Source: Poseidonia sp. (GTDB lineage Archaea; Thermoplasmatota; Poseidoniia; Poseidoniales; Poseidoniaceae). Taken from it: a stretch of DNA of 46,182 nt. Below the pieces are notes generated by a model that saw only the letters and a program-made list of their open reading frames with translations, was not told where the DNA came from and did not search any database. The position numbers and the translations under genes are program-made. Of the stretch, positions 9,452 to 16,455 are shown piece after piece. The stretch lies in the NCBI GenBank assembly GCA_016779705.1, contig JADHNB010000003.1, positions 1-46,182 of the forward strand, written 5' to 3'. Each line of letters starts with the position of its first letter. Position 1 is the stretch's first letter.

Positions 9452-10605
9452 GTCCTTTTCAAGGGATTCACCGGTGCCTTTGTCCCTGCGGGAACCGTCG
9501 GCAGGTTTTGCAATTCTTCAAACGATAATTGCTGGGGGTTGACCGCCTCAAACGTGGTGAGTCGTTCGTTCATGCCCATTCGAACGTTGAAGTCAATTCG
9601 CCCCTTCGTCCTGGTTAAATCGTAGGAAAGCGGTTCGAGTTGTTCGATGACTTGCGCTTCGAAATGTTGGCGGACTTTCCCCCCGCGCCACGATGCGTAG
9701 CCCCACCGGTAGGAGATTCCGACCACGGCCGCACCATACAACAGCGTGAGTACCACCGTCGCAAAGAGGATGGGATTGCCACCGACGTCCCGTGCCTCTT
9801 CGAGCAAGTTTCGGCCAAGCAAGAAGACCAGTCCGATGCCAACAACAGGGTTCAACACCCCCTCAAGCCACTGGTTGACCGGGACTAGCCGTCCTTTCGC
9901 CGGGTCAACGAAAACCAAATCAGCCTCAAACGCCGTGTTGAGGACTGACAGAATGGAGAGCAGAATCATGTAGAGGACGGCCGAGACAATGAATTCAATC
10001 GTCCACGAATCGAGGTTTAACACCCAGTGGACGATGAGCCAAGCGAACAAGCCCAAGAACGCCGCTTGGGGTACGTAATTGAAGTGTTCAATGTGTTGTG
10101 AAAATTCCGTGAGGGAACGTTGGGTCGCACGAGAGCCTCGATGAGGTTTCGGTATGTGAATGACCTGCCAATGCATCACGCGTTCGGTTCCCTTGAGCAT
10201 CCAGATCAAGAAATTCCGGCGAATGAGGAGAAATTCCATGAACAACATGAACGGAAATCCAACCAAGATCAACGGCAGCGCCATGATGGCCGAAAGGGGC
10301 AAGATGAGCAACGCTGGAAGCAACAAGAAATGAGAGAGCGTTAGCGGATGCAACAACTCCGCTTCAATCAGCCGTTGTTTGGCCGGTGGGATCCTTAGGT
10401 TGCGCGCAATATCGTCGAGGTTTTGTGAAAACGAGGCGACTTGGTGTCCTGAATCAACAATTTGACGTACGATGGTTCGGTACTCGGAGACTTCGTGGCC
10501 AATGCCGACCCAAAACTGCCAGGCCAGTCGCATGGGCAGGGCCAGGAGAATGGGCAACGCAAGAATGCCAGCGCCCCACAGCAACCCTTGGACATCCGTG
10601 GCCAT
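9448..10605 (-). CDS. Hypothetical multi-pass membrane protein
   Basis: 385 aa, about 7 hydrophobic segments, GAGG RBS upstream of the ATG, 4-bp convergent overlap with the MBL gene. Confidence 0.75.
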   Translation of the reverse strand: MATDVQGLLWGAGILALPILLALPMRLAWQFWVGIGHEVSEYRTIVRQIVDSGHQVASFSQNLDDIARNLRIPPAKQRLIEAELLHPLTLSHFLLLPALLILPLSAIMALPLILVGFPFMLFMEFLLIRRNFLIWMLKGTERVMHWQVIHIPKPHRGSRATQRSLTEFSQHIEHFNYVPQAAFLGLFAWLIVHWVLNLDSWTIEFIVSAVLYMILLSILSVLNTAFEADLVFVDPAKGRLVPVNQWLEGVLNPVVGIGLVFLLGRNLLEEARDVGGNPILFATVVLTLLYGAAVVGISYRWGYASWRGGKVRQHFEAQVIEQLEPLSYDLTRTKGRIDFNVRMGMNERLTTFEAVNPQQLSFEELQNLPTVPAGTKAPVNPLKRT

Positions 10606-10707
10606 GGTCGTTCCTCAATCCGGGCCACGCCCTAGGGGTTGTTCAAAACAACGGTGAGGAACCGCCCCCATCCCAAGGTTCTAACACCCTCGTGCCGGCC
10701 GCGAAGT

Positions 10708-11691
10708 ATGGCTCGTATCGCCGTAACGGACGGGATGGATAAAAAGGCGGTCATGTTGTTGGAAAAGGCCGGCCATGAAGTCGTTCTTGAGCACTTTTCG
10801 CCAGAGGCACTGGCTTCCGGGGCCCTCTCCGAGTTCGATGCCATCATCATTCGGAGCGCCACCAAACTCACCTCTTCGGTGATTGCCGCTTCCGGGGACC
10901 GGTTGAAAGTCATCGGACGGGCGGGCGTGGGTGTGGACAACATCGATTTGGAAGCGGCTGGCCAACACGGTGTTCACGTGGTGAATGCTCCCCGGGCGAG
11001 CACCCAATCCGTCGTTGAGTTGACCCTTGGACATCTCCTTGCCTGCATCCGACACCTTCCACGGGCTGATCGTTCCATTCGAGCCGGAAAATGGGAAAAA
11101 TCAGCCATGAAAGGCACGGAACTTTCGGGGAAAGCCTTGGGCTTGATCGGCTACGGGCGCATCGCTCAATCGGTGGCTCGTGTCGCCCAAGCCTTTGGAA
11201 TGGAGGTTCATGCCTACGACCCCTACCTTCCCTCCAAAATCGCCAAAGCCCAGGGGACCACCCTCCACAAATCGGTGGACAACCTGTTTGCTTCGTGCAC
11301 CCATATCTCGATTCACTGCAACCTCACCGAAGAAACGTATCATCTGGTCAACGCCGAACGCTTGGCGTCCATGCCTCAAATTGGTGCTGACGGGACCCCT
11401 TGCGGCAATCACGTCATCAACTGCGCCCGCGGTGGTATCGTTGACGAAAGAGCGGTTGTTGAAGCCCTTGAAAACGGGCAACTCACCTCAGCGGCGCTCG
11501 ATGTTTTTGAGCACGAACCCGTTGACCCACTGCACCCTCTGCTCCAAATGGAGCATTTTCACGGAACTCCCCACATCGGGGCCTCCACGTTGGAAGCCCA
11601 GGCTCGCGTTGGGGCTGATATCGTCACCAACGTGATGCAGGTGCTCGAAGGCCAGCCGTGCGACTTTGTTGTCAACCGTTCCTTCTTGTAG
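10708..11691 (+). CDS. serA: D-3-phosphoglycerate dehydrogenase / D-2-hydroxyacid dehydrogenase (no ACT domain)
   Basis: IIRSATK, GRAGVGVDNID, GYGRIA NAD-binding, INCARGGIVDE, ALDVFEHEP, TPHIGAST. Confidence 0.88.
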   Translation: MARIAVTDGMDKKAVMLLEKAGHEVVLEHFSPEALASGALSEFDAIIIRSATKLTSSVIAASGDRLKVIGRAGVGVDNIDLEAAGQHGVHVVNAPRASTQSVVELTLGHLLACIRHLPRADRSIRAGKWEKSAMKGTELSGKALGLIGYGRIAQSVARVAQAFGMEVHAYDPYLPSKIAKAQGTTLHKSVDNLFASCTHISIHCNLTEETYHLVNAERLASMPQIGADGTPCGNHVINCARGGIVDERAVVEALENGQLTSAALDVFEHEPVDPLHPLLQMEHFHGTPHIGASTLEAQARVGADIVTNVMQVLEGQPCDFVVNRSFL

Positions 11692-11692
11692 C

Positions 11693-11705
11693 ACTTTCAC
11701 TTTCC
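11693..11705 (+). promoter_or_regulatory. Candidate DNA-damage/UV response element (ACTTTCACTTTCC) upstream of the PolB2 operon
   Basis: Tandem ACTTTC repeat about 54 nt upstream of ATG 11756; the same CTTTCACTT core lies upstream of the RadA-like gene. Confidence 0.55.
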
Positions 11706-11755
11706 TGCACGGGGTCTTCCCAAAGCACCTCGTCGTCCTTCGCTCTTCGCTGCTT

Positions 11756-12025
11756 ATGGGTCGAAGCGTTCCTCCATGGCGCACACGCGTTGAAGTTGAA
11801 TTGAACCGTTGGCAGGCTTTCCGTCGTGCCCTCTCCACCTCCGACCAAGCCTCGTTTGAACATCTCCTTGACGACATTCGTCAGCGACGTGCAGCCGGCG
11901 GTATGCTCCCGTCGCTTGATGTTTGGCACCCCGCCGTGCTCAGCATGCTGGTGGGATTGATGTCGCGTCTCGGGGAACTGGAGCGGCGGCTTTGTGCACT
12001 TGAGGAAGGGCATTCGGATGATTGA
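11756..12025 (+). CDS. Small alpha-helical PolB2-associated protein (arCOG07300-like)
   Basis: MGRSVPPWR...ELNRWQAFRRALSTSDQASFEHLL resembles the small gene that precedes archaeal polB2; coupled to polB2 through an ATGATTGA overlap. Confidence 0.75.
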   Translation: MGRSVPPWRTRVEVELNRWQAFRRALSTSDQASFEHLLDDIRQRRAAGGMLPSLDVWHPAVLSMLVGLMSRLGELERRLCALEEGHSDD

Positions 12026-14516
12026 GGGTTGGCTTCTCGATGTTCATGCCAACGACGCGCACACCGGGATGGTGGTTTGGGTCGTTGATGATGCAGGTCG
12101 GGCCGCTCGCTGCGATGTCCCGTGGGCCCCTTCGCTTCATGTCCACGGTTCGTCCGTCGACCTTGAACGGTTGGAAGAATGGCTCCTGTTGCCTGAAATA
12201 GCGGCACGCTTCACCGTGGTTGCCTTGGAACGGCGACGTCTGCATCTTGACTTGGACGGTGCCGATGTGGCTTCGGTTCTCGAAGTACGTCTCGAACCCT
12301 TTCATCATCTCAAAGCGCTGGCCGAGCACATTGAAGCGCGAGGTGATTTCCACCGCTACACCTTGTATTCGGTCGACGCCCACCTCGTTCAGCGTTTTCT
12401 TAACGACCACGGCTGCTCGCCTTTCTCCAGGGTGAGATGGGACCCGAAGACCACGCCCATGATTCGTCCCTTGCGTACGATGGACGAAAACGTCCTGCCT
12501 CCGTTGTGCCTTGTTCGCCTCGCGGTTGAGTTTGCCCCCTCCGCCTTTCCCTCCGTGGCCGATGCGGTGGTGGCCATGCATCTTGAAACGGTTCAGGAAC
12601 CCGGAATCCCAGCCACCCCCCGTAGCGTTCAAAGCACAACCCTGCACCGAGACGATTATCCAACGCTTTCGGCGATGTTGGTCGCCTTTGAAGCGACGCT
12701 CAAGCGCTTGGACCCCGATCTCCTTCTCACCTACGGTGGCGACAAACGCCTGTTTCCATGGTTGGTTCATCAATCAGAAGCGTTGGGGCGTTCACTCGTG
12801 CTCGGACGTTCAGCCACGCCGCTCTCTCTGTCCACCAAGGCTCAAACGGTTCGCTCCTACGGTCATACGAGGCACAGGGACGGGGCGTTTTTCCTTGAGG
12901 GGCGGCTTCATTTGGACCTGCGCAACAGTTTCATCGTCAAGGAAGGGGGAGTTGCGGGGTTGTTTGAGTTGGCACAACAATCGTGCCAATCGGCCCAAGT
13001 CATTTCGCGTCTTTCGCCGGGTTCGGTCATCAGCGCCATTCAGATGCGGGTGGCGATGGACGATGACGTGTTGGTTCCGTGGAAGAAGAACCGTCCAGAA
13101 GACACGAAATCAGCTTTGGAACTTCTGCACGCCGACCGTGGTGGTCTGTACCTTGACAGCCGGCCCGGCGTTTATGCTTCCGTCATTGAATTGGATTTTG
13201 CCAGCCTCTTCCCCAGCATCATCGCCACGCGAAACATATCTCCCGAGACCTTGAATTGCGCTTGCTGTCAGCCGTCGGAGGGTCCGAACACGGCCGGGGT
13301 TGTACCGCTCCATCCGGATGAAGCCACCGCTGAGTTTCGCCAGCGATATCATCGTTCACGATTTGGCCACACGTTGTTCCCTCTCTCGCACGAGAAAGCG
13401 CTCAAAGTTCCCGGCCTCCAAAGCCACACTTGCGGTCGAAGGCACGGCTTTCTCGGCCGTGTGGTTGCGCCCCTCATCGAACGCCGTCGACAACTCAAAG
13501 CGCAGCGATGCGAAAAGGGTGATGCGTTTGACTTGCGGCAAAACGCCCTCAAATGGCACCTCGTGACTTGTTTTGGTTACACGGGTTACCGCAACGCCCG
13601 CTTTGGCCGTATTGAGGCCCACGAAGCGATTTGTGCGTGGTCCAGGGACCTCTTGTTGACCACCATCGAAGAGGCTCAACGCGACGGGTGGGAGGTGCTC
13701 CATGCAATCGTCGATTGTGTTTGGCTCGCCGATCGTTCCAATCGGACGGAAGAACAGCAGCGTGTGGATGCCGAACGTTTCGCACGTCGCATCACGGAGC
13801 AGGTTGGCATTCCTTTGGAATTTGAACAGCATTACGAGTTCATTGCGTTTCTTCCAAGTCGGGTTCACGGGGCAGGTTCGCTCACGAAGTATTGGGCGTA
13901 CGGTGGAGGTGACTACAAAGTCCGGGGCATTGAACTCCGGCAACATTCCACGCCCCCGTGGATTTGTTCCCTCCAAGAGCGCGCCCTCCAGTTGTTGGCG
14001 GCGGGCGAACGGACCAACGGCGTGCCGGATCGCCAGGCTCAGCGAGCGGTGTTTATCTTGTATCAAACCGAACTGCAACGATTGAACGACGGCCAACTTC
14101 CCCCCAAGGACTTGGTCATCTCCCGTCGAATCACCTCTTCTCTCGAGGATTATCGAGTCAAGAACCTCTCGTATGCGGCCTTGCTCCGTGCCCATCATCA
14201 AGGTCATCACGTGCCATCTGGGGGAAAAATTCGCTATGTGGTGGTGGACGCTTCGGCAACGGAACCGCTTGACAGGGTGGTTCTCGCTGAGGAAACAGCG
14301 TTCAAGGAAGCGACGGTGACAGGTTGTCCTCTCCACTACACGCGCCTCGCCGAACGGGCCATTTGGGCGATCCTTGCCCCCTTTGGGTGGACGGACAAGG
14401 ACCTTCGTTCAACGAGTCGACAACCCACGCTTCTCGATTTCGTCATCCCTCGTTCTGAAGGGCATGAGAGCGTGCTGAAGCAGGTACCGAACGCCCCTCG
14501 AATTCACGAGGCGTGA
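12018..14516 (+). CDS. polB2: Family B DNA polymerase, PolB2 (Dpo2-like) subfamily
   Basis: Motif A ELDFASLFPSII, NISPETLNCACC, motif B variant KWHLVTCFGYTG, motif C variant HAIVDCVW (instead of YGDTDS), KVRGIELR, degenerate exonuclease region, PIP-like QPTLLDF. Confidence 0.9.
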   Translation: MIEGWLLDVHANDAHTGMVVWVVDDAGRAARCDVPWAPSLHVHGSSVDLERLEEWLLLPEIAARFTVVALERRRLHLDLDGADVASVLEVRLEPFHHLKALAEHIEARGDFHRYTLYSVDAHLVQRFLNDHGCSPFSRVRWDPKTTPMIRPLRTMDENVLPPLCLVRLAVEFAPSAFPSVADAVVAMHLETVQEPGIPATPRSVQSTTLHRDDYPTLSAMLVAFEATLKRLDPDLLLTYGGDKRLFPWLVHQSEALGRSLVLGRSATPLSLSTKAQTVRSYGHTRHRDGAFFLEGRLHLDLRNSFIVKEGGVAGLFELAQQSCQSAQVISRLSPGSVISAIQMRVAMDDDVLVPWKKNRPEDTKSALELLHADRGGLYLDSRPGVYASVIELDFASLFPSIIATRNISPETLNCACCQPSEGPNTAGVVPLHPDEATAEFRQRYHRSRFGHTLFPLSHEKALKVPGLQSHTCGRRHGFLGRVVAPLIERRRQLKAQRCEKGDAFDLRQNALKWHLVTCFGYTGYRNARFGRIEAHEAICAWSRDLLLTTIEEAQRDGWEVLHAIVDCVWLADRSNRTEEQQRVDAERFARRITEQVGIPLEFEQHYEFIAFLPSRVHGAGSLTKYWAYGGGDYKVRGIELRQHSTPPWICSLQERALQLLAAGERTNGVPDRQAQRAVFILYQTELQRLNDGQLPPKDLVISRRITSSLEDYRVKNLSYAALLRAHHQGHHVPSGGKIRYVVVDASATEPLDRVVLAEETAFKEATVTGCPLHYTRLAERAIWAILAPFGWTDKDLRSTSRQPTLLDFVIPRSEGHESVLKQVPNAPRIHEA

Positions 14517-15225
14517 GGGTGAACCGCGTCTGCCTTGGGTCGTGGTTGGCGTTCCAGAGCCCGCGCAACCCGGAACGTGGATGATTGAGGTAGAGGGTTC
14601 GTTTTCGTTGCGTTCCTCGCCAGTGCCCCACAAGGTGGTGATGGGCCTGTCGGTGAACCTGTTGGAGGAGGCGGCGCTGATGAACGGACCGTCCGTGGGC
14701 TTCCGTGATCACGACGACAGCGGCTCGATGATCTTGGGCGATCCGGGACAGCAAGGCGACGTGGCGCCGGAGCAAGGTCCTCGATTCAAGACGCTTGATG
14801 GCCTCGTCTTCATGCATGGCCAGCAAACCGTCAACCACGAGCAACGGGGAACGGGTAATCTCCAATTCGTTGGGTAAACGTTCCAGTTGCCGGTCCAGTT
14901 GGTGCAAGGTGAATCCGCGACTCAAGTACAAACGAGAAAGACAGGCCTCCGTATCGGCTCCCAACGATGCGAGGGTTGGGAGGAGCCGAGCGGGGTCAAT
15001 TCTGCAGGCTCCGTCCACCCAATGCACGGTTTCACCGTGGACCAACGCTTCGGCCACCCAGTGTTCGGCGACGGGTCGCATGCTCTTCCCAGCACGACCC
15101 GGCCCGGTGAGGTGGTAAACAAGGCCCGGCTCAGGTCGCAGCAAATCCATGTCAAACCCCTCGTGCTGCTGACGAAGAAGCGGGGCCAAAGGTCGTGGTT
15201 GATTTTGAGAGTCCATGTCAATCAT
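14443..15225 (-). CDS. RecA/RadA-like P-loop protein (ImuA-like, PolB2-associated)
   Basis: Walker A GPGRAGKS, VHWVDGACRIDP, LSRGFTLHQL, Walker B LLVVDG; lacks the RadA N-terminal HhH domain. Confidence 0.82.
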   Translation of the reverse strand: MIDMDSQNQPRPLAPLLRQQHEGFDMDLLRPEPGLVYHLTGPGRAGKSMRPVAEHWVAEALVHGETVHWVDGACRIDPARLLPTLASLGADTEACLSRLYLSRGFTLHQLDRQLERLPNELEITRSPLLVVDGLLAMHEDEAIKRLESRTLLRRHVALLSRIAQDHRAAVVVITEAHGRSVHQRRLLQQVHRQAHHHLVGHWRGTQRKRTLYLNHPRSGLRGLWNANHDPRQTRFTLTPREFEGRSVPASARSHALQNEG

Positions 15226-15274
15226 TGGAGGTCCCCCACGTCAGCCATCAATCCTTTTGAACACCCCTTGCTTG

Positions 15275-15283
15275 AAGTGAAAG
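15275..15283 (-). promoter_or_regulatory. Candidate damage-response element CTTTCACTT in the divergent radA-like/dinB promoter
   Basis: Plus-strand AAGTGAAAG; identical 9-mer to 11694-11702 at similar distance (about 50 nt) from the start codon. Confidence 0.5.
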
Positions 15284-15321
15284 CCATCAAGTTCAAACAC
15301 CGTTGCCCCCGAAAATTGGGT

Positions 15322-16455
15322 GTGGATGCTTCCGTCGCCGATGATGTGGATGTGTCTCAACGCATCCTGATCCACTGCGATTTGGATGCGTTTTTCGCTG
15401 CCGTGGAAACCTTGCACCACGGGCTGGACGAAAGCGTACCGCTGATCATCGGCTCCGACCCAAAGCAGGGTCGCGGGCGAGGCATCGTTTCCACGTGCAA
15501 TTACGCCGCCCGTCAATACGGCGTCCGTTCGGCGATGCCGATTTCCGAAGCGTGGCGTCGTTGTCCGGGAGCCCCGTTTGGTCATGCCCGTTACATCCGA
15601 GGGACGCGTGGCTTGTACACTCGGGCCAGTCGGCGAGTGATGGCGATCTTGAAAGCCCATGCAACGGCCTTTGAACAGGCCAGCATCGATGAGGCTTACC
15701 TCGACGTGACCGAGGCGGTCAACGGTGATTGGGATCTGGCGTTGGCGTTGACGAAAAGCTTGCAGCATGACATCGTTGAGGCGTTGGGCCTAACCGCCTC
15801 GTTTGGATTGGGGCCCACTCGAATCATTGCCAAAATGAGCAGCGAGGTGAACAAACCAAACGGCGTTCATCGCGTGCTTCCCGATGAGGTTGAGGCCTTC
15901 TTTGAAGGTCGTTCTCTTCGAGAAATTCCAGGCATCGGTCCCAAGCGGGCGACCCAACTCGCCGAATGGGGGTACACGACCGCTGATGAGTTGCGGGCCC
16001 TGGGGGAACTGTCCCTCGCACGCTTGGCCGGTGAGCGGTTTGCCAGCTGGTTCATGGAGGTGGTCGAAGGCGAAAGCAGTCGGGTCGTCAGTCCATTGAG
16101 GAGTCGAAAGTCCATTGGCAAAGAGCACACCTTTGAGCGGGATTTGGACGACCATGAATACGTGCTCGACCGGTTGGAGGAGCTGGTTGAGTTGGTCATG
16201 AACCGAGCGTCTGAGTTGGGCGTTTCAGGTCGACTGGCGGAGGTGAAGGTTCGGTACACAGGATTTGAGACCCATGCCTCAGGTCGTAGTATACCGGTCG
16301 CCATGGACGACCCAGCTGTGTTCAAGCGACTGGCGAGAACGCTGTTTGCCAACACCATTGACACGGAAAAATCCGTCCGTTTGATCGGGTTTCGTTTGGG
16401 GCATCTCGAAGAACCGTCTTCCCGACAAACCACCCTCTTCAAGGAAGAGGAATGA
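15322..16455 (+). CDS. dinB: Y-family DNA polymerase IV (DinB/Dpo4)
   Basis: HCDLDAFFAAVE, CNYAARQYGVRSAMP, SIDEAYLD, AKMSSEVNKPNG, IPGIGPK, RKSIGKEHTF, VRLIG; start set at GTG 15322 (alternative GTG 15352). Confidence 0.95.
   Translation: MDASVADDVDVSQRILIHCDLDAFFAAVETLHHGLDESVPLIIGSDPKQGRGRGIVSTCNYAARQYGVRSAMPISEAWRRCPGAPFGHARYIRGTRGLYTRASRRVMAILKAHATAFEQASIDEAYLDVTEAVNGDWDLALALTKSLQHDIVEALGLTASFGLGPTRIIAKMSSEVNKPNGVHRVLPDEVEAFFEGRSLREIPGIGPKRATQLAEWGYTTADELRALGELSLARLAGERFASWFMEVVEGESSRVVSPLRSRKSIGKEHTFERDLDDHEYVLDRLEELVELVMNRASELGVSGRLAEVKVRYTGFETHASGRSIPVAMDDPAVFKRLARTLFANTIDTEKSVRLIGFRLGHLEEPSSRQTTLFKEEE

Noticed and set aside
13356..14336. Long antisense ORFs (e.g. 13356-14336, 25911-26939, 22468-23328, 21241-22083)
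   Set aside because: Shadow ORFs opposite well-supported genes, expected from codon bias at this GC content; no recognisable motifs
14887..15321. N-terminal 145 aa of the 522-aa ORF containing DinB
   Set aside because: Largely overlaps the radA-like gene on the opposite strand; DinB homology and a TATA-like box support a start near 15322, so this is not a real fusion
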